From a virus (lineage: Duplodnaviria > Caudoviricetes), in IMG/VR virus record IMGVR_UViG_3300025875_000590, positions 1 to 64,000 of that record: 64,000 bases of DNA; one strand, written 5' to 3'. Under the pieces are notes generated by a model. That model was not told the origin of the DNA, made no database searches, and saw only the letters and a program-made list of their open reading frames with translations. Shown piece after piece: positions 45,510 through 53,581 of this stretch; position 1 is the first letter of the stretch; the number at the start of each line of letters is the position of its first letter. The position numbers and the translations under genes are program-made.

Positions 45510-47045
45510 TCATCGCTCCACCCCGCGGTCGCGGGACGTCGTCGTGCGCGCTCGAGCACGCTCCAGATCGGCAGGCAGCACCGCCCCCGGTGCCGGGCGT
45601 GAACTGCTGGGCGCCGAAGTCACGCCAGACGGCGCGGGCGTGAACTGCGGCGTGGGGAGGGTGGCGGCGATGGTGACGAGCTCCCCGCGGGCCATCCGCG
45701 CGATCTCCTCCGCCCGCCGCGCCTCCCCCACCGCCCCGTGCCAGTCGTGCAACGCCCGCGTCGTGTTGGACAGCTGCCGCAGCAGCACCGCCTGCGCCAC
45801 CGTCCCCTGCCCCCCGTGCGCGATCGAGGCGAGCAGCAGCGCCGCCCCCCGCGCCGACGGGCCCCGCCGAGCCCCCTTCGCCTCGTGCGCCCGGATCTGC
45901 GCCGACCGGGCCAGGGAATCCGCGGCGTGCGCGAGCGGCCCCGGCACGTCGCCCTCCACGGCCACCGACCAGGCGGCGAACGCGCCGGCGGTCTCCCCCG
46001 CCACCCGAGCCCACGTCGCCCGGTCGGTGACCGGCACCGACCGCAGCCACGCCTGCAGCTGCCCGATCTCGACCGCCGCCGCCTCCCACAGCTCCGGCCC
46101 GGGGGTGACCAGCTCCGGCCCGGAGCGCACCGGTGCCCGGCCGCGTTTCGCCGCGGTCCACTCCTCGACGGCCTCCCCCACCGCCTCGACCGACCGGTCC
46201 CACCCGGCGGCCTCCCGCAGCCGAGGCAGCGTGAGGTCCTTCGCCAGGTGCCCGCCGCCGTAGAAGATGCCGTCCCCGCCCGGTGCCGGCCGGGCGACGG
46301 AGTGCCCGCCGACGACGTCGTCCCGGTCCGCGGCGAACCGGGCGTCGACGCGCAGCCCCGCCCGGCGGAGCCGGCGCACGAACTCCGCCTCGCTCGAGGC
46401 CGCCGCTGCAGCCGCCCGCACGGTGCGCGCCAGCCGCACGGTCTCCGGCTCCCGCCCGGCCGCCGCCGCCCGCTCGAGCACCGGCCGGGACACCCCGCGG
46501 TCCCCGCGGCCAGCGCCTCGGGCCTCCAGGCGCACCAGCCCGTACTTCGCCTCCAGCTCCCGGGCGAGGGCCTGAGCGCGCGGCCGGTCCCGCCACACGT
46601 TGGCCTTGGTGCCGTCCTCCCGCACGAGGGAGGTGACGAAGTGGATGTGGTCGTTGCCGCCCTTGCTCGGGCCGTGGTGCACGGCGACCCACCGGCAGGG
46701 GGCCTTCCCGTCGGCGCCGGAGAACCCCATGCCGTCGGCGATGTCCTGCGCGATCGCCGCCCACTTCTCATCCGGCAGCCGGCCCTCGTCGGCGGCCAGC
46801 GCCCAGGAGGCGTGCCACACGTGCCCGTCGGGGACGTCGACGTGGAACGCCCGCCGCGGCCCGCCGAGGTCCCGCCCGATCGCCAGCGCTTGCTCGTGGG
46901 ACAGGACGGCGGTGTCGTACCAGGCCATGATCGCCGGATCGCCGGCGACCAGGTGCGGGTCGACGTGCTGGTTGTCCCGCCCGGGCCCGACCAGGTAGGC
47001 CATGAGCCCACCGAGCCGGTTCCCGCGGGTGATGTTCGGCATCAC
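45510..47045 (-). CDS. MOBP-type relaxase
   Basis: MPNITRG..LGGLMAYLVGPG (catalytic Tyr), VWHASWAL, VAVHHG...NDHIHFV. Confidence 0.85.
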   Translation of the reverse strand: MMPNITRGNRLGGLMAYLVGPGRDNQHVDPHLVAGDPAIMAWYDTAVLSHEQALAIGRDLGGPRRAFHVDVPDGHVWHASWALAADEGRLPDEKWAAIAQDIADGMGFSGADGKAPCRWVAVHHGPSKGGNDHIHFVTSLVREDGTKANVWRDRPRAQALARELEAKYGLVRLEARGAGRGDRGVSRPVLERAAAAGREPETVRLARTVRAAAAAASSEAEFVRRLRRAGLRVDARFAADRDDVVGGHSVARPAPGGDGIFYGGGHLAKDLTLPRLREAAGWDRSVEAVGEAVEEWTAAKRGRAPVRSGPELVTPGPELWEAAAVEIGQLQAWLRSVPVTDRATWARVAGETAGAFAAWSVAVEGDVPGPLAHAADSLARSAQIRAHEAKGARRGPSARGAALLLASIAHGGQGTVAQAVLLRQLSNTTRALHDWHGAVGEARRAEEIARMARGELVTIAATLPTPQFTPAPSGVTSAPSSSRPAPGAVLPADLERARARTTTSRDRGVER

Positions 47046-47281
47046 AGCCCAGCCACCCCCAGGTCCTCGACCACCTGCTGCAACTCGGGGGTGACCCCGA
47101 CGCTGCCGTACTCGCCGTCCGCGTCGTCGGCCAGGCTGCGGGCGAGCTCGACCACGGCGCGGAGCGCGGCCAGGGGCACGGTCACCGTGCGGTCCCCGTC
47201 CTCGGCCGGGCACAGGTGCACCTCCTCGCCGCGCCTGTACCACCGCCCGCACGGCTGGTGATACAGCTGGTTGGCCGGCAT
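47042..47281 (-). CDS. Small hypothetical protein
   Basis: Overlaps relaxase start and upstream stop. Confidence 0.55.
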   Translation of the reverse strand: MPANQLYHQPCGRWYRRGEEVHLCPAEDGDRTVTVPLAALRAVVELARSLADDADGEYGSVGVTPELQQVVEDLGVAGL

Positions 47282-47403
47282 CACCAGACCACCTCGCAGT
47301 ACGCGCAGTGGTGCCCGCCGTCGTGGCCGGGGTCCTCGCCGCACCAGTGCAGCACCCGGCCGTCGTCCTCCAGCTCGTCACCGCAGTCCGGCGGGAAGCT
47401 CAT
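47281..47403 (-). CDS. Small Cys/His protein (40 aa)
   Basis: CGDE...HWCGEDPGHDGGHHCAYC. Confidence 0.55.
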   Translation of the reverse strand: MSFPPDCGDELEDDGRVLHWCGEDPGHDGGHHCAYCEVVW

Positions 47404-47591
47404 CGCCGGGCCGCCCGCCGAGCGCGACGCCGCGGCGCCGGGATCTCCAGCCCAGCCACAACGGCGCAATCGGGGATAACAGCCCCGTTGGAGTCGAAGC
47501 CGCCGTTGGTGCCACACAGCGGCATCGCGGAGCCACCGTTGGTGCCACGCTCGTCCCACGAGCAGCCCACGGCCGAGCACACCTCGGTCAC
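47400..47591 (-). CDS. Small Cys protein
   Basis: GTG 47591, overlaps both sides. Confidence 0.4.
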   Translation of the reverse strand: MTEVCSAVGCSWDERGTNGGSAMPLCGTNGGFDSNGAVIPDCAVVAGLEIPAPRRRARRAARR

Positions 47592-48019
47592 CCCTCCACC
47601 CCCAGGATCCGAGCCGTCGCGCACGGCCACGCCACCAGATGCACGTCCGGGTGCAGGTACGGCCCGTCCTCGCCATCCCACTCGTCGGGCCCCGAGCACT
47701 CCCGGCACACCGCCGCCGCCACGCCGCCACCGAGCAGCAGCCGCACCAAGCCGGGCATGGCGAACGGCCGGTGCAGCGCCCCGAGCTCCATGACCAGATC
47801 CCGCGCCGGCGGCACCTCGGCGCGCTCCTCGAGCACGTCGATCGGCAGGGTCACCTGCCAGTCCGACTGCGACCCGTCCGCCGACCGGACCAGGATCGTC
47901 GGAGCAGCCGCGTACCCGACGACCACGCCCTCCGCGAGCGGCATCGTCATCCCCTTCGGGTCGAACGCCGGCCACACCCGCACCCGCCGCCCCAACCACT
48001 CCCTGGCCGCCTCGCTCAC
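47588..48019 (-). CDS. Phage-like hypothetical protein
   Basis: LHRP...CRECS...WPCATARILG. Confidence 0.6.
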   Translation of the reverse strand: MSEAAREWLGRRVRVWPAFDPKGMTMPLAEGVVVGYAAAPTILVRSADGSQSDWQVTLPIDVLEERAEVPPARDLVMELGALHRPFAMPGLVRLLLGGGVAAAVCRECSGPDEWDGEDGPYLHPDVHLVAWPCATARILGVEG

Positions 48020-48261
48020 GCCGGGACCCCCAGCGTCAGCAGCAGCACGTCGTAGTAGGCCCCGACGTCGACCCGTTCCGCCCGCAGCACCGCATCCCCC
48101 TCCGGCAGCTTCTCCCGCAGCATCTCCAGCAGCCCCTCGACCGCGAACCGGTCCTGCTCGTAGCCCGGCGCCAGATGCGCCGACACGAACACCCCCGGCC
48201 GCCCGCCGAGCACCGCCAGCCCCGCCGCCTGCTGCGCCGCCTCCAGCAGCTCCACCCTCAC
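48016..48261 (-). CDS. Hypothetical protein
   Basis: Overlaps mobC stop and next start. Confidence 0.55.
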   Translation of the reverse strand: MRVELLEAAQQAAGLAVLGGRPGVFVSAHLAPGYEQDRFAVEGLLEMLREKLPEGDAVLRAERVDVGAYYDVLLLTLGVPA

Positions 48262-48674
48262 GACGCCGGACCCGACGACACGACGTCGATCGCCACATCG
48301 ATCCGGCCACCCGGCCCCGCCAGCCGCCGCAGCTCCAGCAGGTCCTCCCGCACCACCTCGACCGGGAACCCGTCGCCGACGTTCACCCGCCGAGCCGCCT
48401 GGTTCAAGTTCGTCGCCATCCCCGACAGGTCCCGCCGCAGAGCGAACAGCTGCACCAGCAGCTCCCGCCGCACCGCCGGCGTCTCCCCACCCGAGGACAA
48501 CGCGAGCTCCACCAGGGCCTTCTGCAGCGTGATCCCACCGGCCTCCGCGGCGTGCCGCTCCAGCACCTCGAGCTCGTCGTCGGACAGGTCCACCGGGATG
48601 CGGTGCGGCCGACCACCCGGCACCCGCTCGCGCCGCATGCGACCGAGCACCCGGCCCGGCGAGAGATCAGCCAC
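48258..48674 (-). CDS. mobC: MobC relaxosome accessory protein
   Basis: RHH-like N-terminus; LSGMATNLNQAARRVN motif. Confidence 0.8.
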   Translation of the reverse strand: MADLSPGRVLGRMRRERVPGGRPHRIPVDLSDDELEVLERHAAEAGGITLQKALVELALSSGGETPAVRRELLVQLFALRRDLSGMATNLNQAARRVNVGDGFPVEVVREDLLELRRLAGPGGRIDVAIDVVSSGPAS

Positions 48675-48792
48675 GGTGCACCGCCACCCGGGGCACGAGG
48701 CACCCGCACTCGGATCCGTCGAGCCGGCCACGACAGCCCCGCCTGTCCACAACGTGCTCGGACAGCGGATGCGGACAGCACACCAGCTCCAC
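48667..48792 (-). CDS. Small Cys/His protein upstream of mobC (41 aa)
   Basis: MELVCCPHPLSEH...GC...CGC; variant start-associated motif (GCTGAGGAGC) at 48801-48810. Confidence 0.55.
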   Translation of the reverse strand: MELVCCPHPLSEHVVDRRGCRGRLDGSECGCLVPRVAVHRG

Positions 48793-48874
48793 GACGACCA
48801 GCTCCTCAGCCCAGCGCAGCGCCCCCAACGGGCACCCCACCCCGCCACGATCTCACGGCGGCCGGGGCACGCGC

Positions 48875-48925
48875 CAGCGGTAACTGCGCGTTAGCGCCTA
48901 GCTTGCTCCGCACCACAAGCCCCAG
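48875..48925 (+). other. Candidate oriT
   Basis: TAAC-N5-GTTA repeat then CCTAGCTTG/C, upstream of mobC. Confidence 0.5.
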
Positions 48926-49018
48926 ACGGGGCAGGGCGGCCGGTGGGGACCCGTGGACCCGGGCGGTGGGCGAGGCCGGGAGCGGGAGGCTGGCGGGGCG
49001 GGTGACCCCGGACAGCAC

Positions 49019-49050
49019 GAGGCCCCCAGCCGCGGTGCGGTGGGGGCCTC
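49019..49050. terminator. GAGGCCCCC-family hairpin 1
   Basis: 10-bp stem. Confidence 0.6.
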
Positions 49051-49064
49051 GAGGCGGGAGCGGG

Positions 49065-49310
49065 TCAGGCGGCGTAGACGGCCCAGCCGTGGGCGGTGCG
49101 GACCCAGGTGACGGTGATGCCGGTGCCGCGGGCGGCCCGGTCGACGGCGTTGGCGACGCGGGTGGCGAGGTGCTCGGGGCCCTCGACGCGGGCCTCACCG
49201 TAGGAGATGAGGTCCTCGCGGATGGCGCGGGCGAGGTCGCTGGTGAGCAGGGCCGGGTGGGCGGCGAGGCGGTGGGCGGCGAGGCGGTGGGCGGTGGGGG
49301 CGGGGGGCAT
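49065..49310 (-). CDS. Hypothetical protein, likely leaderless
   Basis: ATG 30 nt after TGGACA of operator. Confidence 0.65.
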   Translation of the reverse strand: MPPAPTAHRLAAHRLAAHPALLTSDLARAIREDLISYGEARVEGPEHLATRVANAVDRAARGTGITVTWVRTAHGWAVYAA

Positions 49311-49340
49311 GGCGGTAGCTGACCATCCCCGCCGGGGAGT

Positions 49341-49356
49341 TGTCCAGTCCTAGACA
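49341..49356. promoter_or_regulatory. Operator-like palindrome
   Basis: TGTCCAGTCCTAGACA. Confidence 0.75.
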
Positions 49357-49368
49357 GGCGACACGCAG

Positions 49369-49398
49369 GAGGCCCCCACCCGATCGGGTGGGGGCCTC
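49369..49398. terminator. GAGGCCCCC-family hairpin 2
   Basis: 30-nt perfect palindrome. Confidence 0.6.
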
Positions 49399-49410
49399 GA
49401 GGCCGGGCGC

Positions 49411-49590
49411 TCAGTTGCAGCCGAGGGCCGGGTCCTGGTCGGGGGCGTAGAGCGGGACGACGTGCTCGGTGAGGTCGTCGGCGTTGCGGATCTCGTAGCC
49501 GGGCATGCCGGGGCGGACGACGACGGCGGCGCCGCAGCAGCCGCAGGCCCAGACGTCGGCCGGGTCGGTGGGGAGGACGGCGCGCATCAC
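49411..49590 (-). CDS. Small hypothetical protein
   Basis: MRAVLPTDPADVWACGCCG..., not in ORF track. Confidence 0.55.
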   Translation of the reverse strand: MMRAVLPTDPADVWACGCCGAAVVVRPGMPGYEIRNADDLTEHVVPLYAPDQDPALGCN

Positions 49591-49745
49591 GAGCGGGTGA
49601 TGCCGCGGGAGCGCAGCTCGGCCTCGATGCGCCGGTTGTCGGCGAGGACGGCGGCCCGGAGGCGGGGCAGGCGGGGGATGAAGATCGACGGGGTGTAGGC
49701 GTCCATCAGGGCCCGGTCGGTCATGCGGGTGAGGTCGGTGCGCAC
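49587..49745 (-). CDS. Small hypothetical protein
   Basis: MRTDLTRMTDRALMDAY..., start-associated motif upstream. Confidence 0.6.
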   Translation of the reverse strand: MRTDLTRMTDRALMDAYTPSIFIPRLPRLRAAVLADNRRIEAELRSRGITRS

Positions 49746-49752
49746 GGGGGAG

Positions 49753-49766
49753 GCTCCTCAGCTGGT
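49753..49766 (-). promoter_or_regulatory. Start-associated motif
   Basis: Exact copy before start 49745. Confidence 0.85.
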
Positions 49767-49789
49767 CGGGCGAGTCGGGGTGGGGTGGG

Positions 49790-49948
49790 TCAGCGGCGGG
49801 GCAGGTGGGCGGTGCGGTCGGCGACGATGCCGTTGGCCATCGCGCGGGCGAGGCGGTCGACCAGGGGGTCGGCGGCGATGCGGCGGAGCTCGCCGGTGGT
49901 CATGCCGCGGAGGGCGGCGCGGGAGAGGGGGCGGTCGCTGGCGGGCAT
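49790..49948 (-). CDS. Small hypothetical protein, likely leaderless
   Basis: ATG 29 nt after TGGACA of operator. Confidence 0.55.
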   Translation of the reverse strand: MPASDRPLSRAALRGMTTGELRRIAADPLVDRLARAMANGIVADRTAHLPRR

Positions 49949-49977
49949 GGAGGTAGTACGCCATAGCCCCGCACCGT

Positions 49978-49993
49978 TGTCCAGCACTAGACA
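49978..49993. promoter_or_regulatory. Operator-like palindrome
   Basis: TGTCCAGCACTAGACA. Confidence 0.75.
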
Positions 49994-50017
49994 CGCCGGG
50001 CGCTCCCCCGCATGAGG

Positions 50018-50049
50018 GAGGCCCCCGCCGCGGGAGCGACGGGGGCCTC
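50018..50049. terminator. GAGGCCCCC-family hairpin 3
   Basis: 10-bp stem. Confidence 0.6.
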
Positions 50050-50064
50050 GAGGGGGGAGCAGGG

Positions 50065-50349
50065 TCAGGCGCCGACCTTCGGCGGCGGCACGGGCCGGGA
50101 GGTGAGAGGGCCGGCGGCCTGGTTGTCGGTGTCGACCTTCGCGTCGGCGTCCCAGGTGTGCAGGGTGAGGTCGGCCTCCGGGGGGGCGTAGCCCTCGGAG
50201 ACGACCTCGTCGCCGTAGCGGAGCTGGATGCGGGACTCCTCGCGGTGGACGGAGAGCCGGCGGCGGTCGATGGCCTCGGCGACGGCGCGGCCGGTGTGGT
50301 CCTGGACGCCGTAGAGGATCCGGTCCGGCTTGTAGGCGGGCTCGGTCAT
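50065..50349 (-). CDS. Hypothetical protein
   Basis: GGAGG RBS, GC3-rich. Confidence 0.65.
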   Translation of the reverse strand: MTEPAYKPDRILYGVQDHTGRAVAEAIDRRRLSVHREESRIQLRYGDEVVSEGYAPPEADLTLHTWDADAKVDTDNQAAGPLTSRPVPPPKVGA

Positions 50350-50558
50350 GGGGTGCCTCCGGGGGTGGGGGTGGAGTCAACGGGGCCGTTTGCGCCGTTG
50401 GGGTCGTTGGGGTCGCGGGGATGCTGCCAGCAGCGGTCGCCCTCGTGGGCGACCTTCCGGTTGCACACCCACATGGCGCCCAGCTCGAGGTGGCCACCGC
50501 GGCGGCGGGTGGCCTCGAAGTTGCCGTAGCGGGCCGGCGCACCGCAGATGGGCTTCAC
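50346..50558 (-). CDS. Small Cys/His protein
   Basis: CGAP...CNRKVAHEGDRC. Confidence 0.55.
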   Translation of the reverse strand: MKPICGAPARYGNFEATRRRGGHLELGAMWVCNRKVAHEGDRCWQHPRDPNDPNGANGPVDSTPTPGGTP

Positions 50559-50986
50559 GGTCGGGCGGCCCGGATGTCGAGGTCGAGCGCGAACTGCTCC
50601 ACGGCTGCAGCGTCGCCGTCGGTGATCGGCCCGGCGGGGCCGCAGAGGATGACGCCGCCGAGGCGGGCGGCAACCTCCTCGGGGGACAGCACGCGGTTGG
50701 GGTCCTCGGCCGCCGCGCGGGAGCGGGCCGCCGCCGCCGCGGCCCGCTCCTCCTCCAGCTGGACGAGCCGGGCGGCTGCGTGGCGGAGGTCGGTGCCGGG
50801 GGGCAGCCGGTCGAGGCGGGCCAGGAGCTGGTCGACCTCGGTCTCGGTGAGCTGGCTGCCGCTGGTGATGTGGCGGCCGACGGCGTCGCTGTAGAGGCGG
50901 AGGCGGTCGGCGCGGCGGTTGTGGTCGATGCCGCGGGCGGCGAAGGCGAGCACGAGGGCCCTGAGCTTGCCGTCCGGGACGCTCAC
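50555..50986 (-). CDS. Hypothetical protein
   Basis: GTG 50986, overlaps both sides. Confidence 0.6.
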   Translation of the reverse strand: MSVPDGKLRALVLAFAARGIDHNRRADRLRLYSDAVGRHITSGSQLTETEVDQLLARLDRLPPGTDLRHAAARLVQLEEERAAAAAARSRAAAEDPNRVLSPEEVAARLGGVILCGPAGPITDGDAAAVEQFALDLDIRAARP

Positions 50987-52110
50987 GGCTGGACCTCGCG
51001 CCACTGGTGGGAGACCGACGACCGGGTGTGCTCGCGGGTCAGAAGGTCGCCGGGGCGGACGGCGGCGCGTGCCTCGGCTTCGTCTGAGGTGAGGCACCAG
51101 GTGGTGCCGTCGGGGGCGGCGACGCGCCACCACCGGCCGGGCTGCCAGTCGGTGATGGCCTGGTCGCCGCCGAGCATGGCCAGCAGCTCGTCGGCTTCCG
51201 TCAGCCAGTGCCCGCGCGATCCCGGCGTCCCGGCGTCCCACTGGGCGTCCGTGAACCCGTCGCGCCGCCATAGCCATCGCGCCACGTCGTCGCGGTTCGC
51301 CGTCCCCGACACCAGCTCGGGTAGTGGTTCGACCTCCGGCGGTGCGCTGGCCGGGTCGTCGGCCCACGTCCGGTAGCTCTTGGCCGTCCGGTCGGCGAGC
51401 AGTGCGGCACGAGGCTCGCCCTCCCGTTCCAGCTCCTCGGCGAGCATGGCGAGCGCACCGGCCTGACCCAGGTGGATGAGGCGGTCCGTCCCCGACACCA
51501 GCGGCCGGGCAGTGATGCGGTACCCGGCGGCGTTGAGCTGCTGCACAACTCCCCACGCCGCGCCGCCAGCGTCGTGCCCTTCGATGGGCGAGATTGACGC
51601 GGACAGTGCAGGAGCCAGAGCGTCGGCCTGCCAGATACCGTCGTCCTCCCCGGTACGGACAGCGGGCGGGGTGGCGGGGACGTTCCGGCCGTCGGTCAGA
51701 TGGTGGTAGGCGGCCTGGTGCATCGGCCCGAAGACGCAGCTCGCGCCCCCGTCGGTGAACCCGCAGGGACCGTGCTCCATCGACGGGGTCTTGTGCACGG
51801 CGTCGATGGCATGGCCGCAGACCGGGCAGGGATCCCCGACACGGACAGCGGGCGAGGTGGCGAGCAGCTTGGCCTCGTGGATCGGGCAGAAGTAGTCCGG
51901 CCGCTGCTCGGGCGGGCAGTCGCACGGCTCCACGGTGTCCTCCGGCGACGGGACGGCGGACTGGTACTTGGTGCATCCGTCGTCCGTCTTGCACTCGCCG
52001 CCCCCGTGGCGAGGCCAGTAGTGCTGGCCGAGCGTGTGGCCACAGCCGGGCGTTGCGCACGTCTCCGCCCCTGCGCCGGGGCTGCCCGCGTCGGCCGGGG
52101 TGGCGGTCAT
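50983..52110 (-). CDS. Mosaic multi-domain Cys/His protein
   Basis: CATPGCGH...H, CPVCGH...H modules; internal segment with different codon usage. Confidence 0.6.
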   Translation of the reverse strand: MTATPADAGSPGAGAETCATPGCGHTLGQHYWPRHGGGECKTDDGCTKYQSAVPSPEDTVEPCDCPPEQRPDYFCPIHEAKLLATSPAVRVGDPCPVCGHAIDAVHKTPSMEHGPCGFTDGGASCVFGPMHQAAYHHLTDGRNVPATPPAVRTGEDDGIWQADALAPALSASISPIEGHDAGGAAWGVVQQLNAAGYRITARPLVSGTDRLIHLGQAGALAMLAEELEREGEPRAALLADRTAKSYRTWADDPASAPPEVEPLPELVSGTANRDDVARWLWRRDGFTDAQWDAGTPGSRGHWLTEADELLAMLGGDQAITDWQPGRWWRVAAPDGTTWCLTSDEAEARAAVRPGDLLTREHTRSSVSHQWREVQP

Positions 52111-52478
52111 GACTGCTCCGCGTCGAAGAACACGGCGGGGGCGCCGGTGAGGCCGGTCTCGTCGCGCTCCCACGCGCGGCGGCCCTCTTCGCCGTCCGGC
52201 CGCCAGTGGCCCCACTCGGTGCGCTCGTTGGTCAGCTCCCACGGGAACGCGCCGTCGTACCGCTGCAGGGCGGCCTCGGCGAGCTGGCGGGCGGTCTCGA
52301 GGGAGTGGGTGCGCATGACGCAGACGCCGTCCACGGCCTCGTCGGCGTCGCTCAGGAGCATGGCCTCGGGGAGCTTCCGTGGCCGGTACAGGCGGCCGTC
52401 GGGGCGGTGGACGGGCGTGGGCCGCCGCGGCGGCTCGGGGAACGCGGCTGCCTGCGCTCCGGCGTCGACGGCGGTCAC
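52107..52478 (-). CDS. Hypothetical protein
   Basis: Overlaps both sides. Confidence 0.6.
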   Translation of the reverse strand: MTAVDAGAQAAAFPEPPRRPTPVHRPDGRLYRPRKLPEAMLLSDADEAVDGVCVMRTHSLETARQLAEAALQRYDGAFPWELTNERTEWGHWRPDGEEGRRAWERDETGLTGAPAVFFDAEQS

Positions 52479-52801
52479 TGCTGGCCGCCGGTGGGGGGCG
52501 GGGTGACGATGACGTCGCCGGGACCCCAGGTCATGCGGTCGGCCTGCCCGGCCTCGGCCTCGGCCTCGGCCGCGTCGCGGGCGGCGGTGTCGAGGGCGCG
52601 GGCGTCGTGGTCGACCAGGGCGAGGCCGCCGGTGAGCAGGGTGCGCAGCTCGTCGTGGGTGCCCTCGATGAGGACGACGTCGCCGATGGTGAGGCCGACG
52701 TGGTCGGCGGCCAGGGGCGCCTCGCCGTCGGCGAGGTCGTCGCCGCGGAGGATGGCGGGGGCGACGGTGCTGGCGGTGACGCGCTCGATGTGGGTGCTCA
52801 T
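52475..52801 (-). CDS. Hypothetical protein
   Basis: ATG 52801. Confidence 0.6.
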   Translation of the reverse strand: MSTHIERVTASTVAPAILRGDDLADGEAPLAADHVGLTIGDVVLIEGTHDELRTLLTGGLALVDHDARALDTAARDAAEAEAEAGQADRMTWGPGDVIVTPPPTGGQQ

Positions 52802-53127
52802 CAGGACTCCAGGGTGGTGGGGTGGTCGTCGGCGGGGTCGCTGGCGGGAACGGGGGCCGTGCGCTCGAGGTGGGCCTCGGCGCGGTCGGTGGCGGCGCGC
52901 AGGGCGTCGCCGAGCAGCTCGCCGAGGGGGTCGGCGCGGACGGCGGCGATCAGCGCGCGGAGGGCGTCGCGGTCGCCCTGGCCGCGGACGTCGGCCTGGC
53001 CGATGGCGTAGGCGAGGGACTCGAGCAGCAGCCGGCGGCGGATGAGCGAGGCCGGGTCGCCGGGCGGGGGGAAGCCGGCGGCGATGAGGGCCTTGCGGGC
53101 GGCCCGCCGGTGGTCGTCGGTGGTCAC
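52801..53127 (-). CDS. Hypothetical protein
   Basis: Overlaps both sides. Confidence 0.6.
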   Translation of the reverse strand: MTTDDHRRAARKALIAAGFPPPGDPASLIRRRLLLESLAYAIGQADVRGQGDRDALRALIAAVRADPLGELLGDALRAATDRAEAHLERTAPVPASDPADDHPTTLES

Positions 53128-53453
53128 TGGACGGCGTCGAGCTCGTCGGCCTGGCGGTCCCAGGCGGCGGCGGAGGCGAGCAGCAGGTCGTAGCGGGGGG
53201 TGCCGCGGTCGAGGCAGTCGGCCTCCTCACGGTCGATCTGGGCGGAGCGGCGGGCACCGTCGGCGTCGTCGCCGACGTAGGGGTCGCGGTGGTCGGCGTG
53301 GTCGGGGGCCAGCCGGACGGCGAGGTCGACGTCGAGCTGCCGCTGCTGCCGGATCTCGGCGAGGCGGTGGACGACGACGGGGTCGCTCTCGCCGCGGCGG
53401 CCAGCGGCGAGAGCGCGCCGGGCGAGGTCGTCGCGGTCAGGGAAGTCGGTCAT
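53124..53453 (-). CDS. Hypothetical protein
   Basis: Start-associated motif upstream. Confidence 0.65.
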   Translation of the reverse strand: MTDFPDRDDLARRALAAGRRGESDPVVVHRLAEIRQQRQLDVDLAVRLAPDHADHRDPYVGDDADGARRSAQIDREEADCLDRGTPRYDLLLASAAAWDRQADELDAVQ

Positions 53454-53462
53454 GGTGGGTCA

Positions 53463-53476
53463 GCTCCTCAGCTGGT
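53463..53476 (-). promoter_or_regulatory. Start-associated motif
   Basis: Exact copy before start 53453. Confidence 0.85.
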
Positions 53477-53581
53477 CAGCGGGTCGGGGTCAGCGGGGGG
53501 TGTGGATGGGCAGGTCGTGCTCGGCGCAGGAGACGCCGTCGCCGCCGGGGAGGGTGGACACGGTCCGGCCGCACCAGCAGG

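Noticed and set aside
49019-50049. Repeats as a CRISPR array or integron attC sites
   Set aside because: Spacing is irregular and gene-sized, loops differ, and no cas or integron integrase is present.
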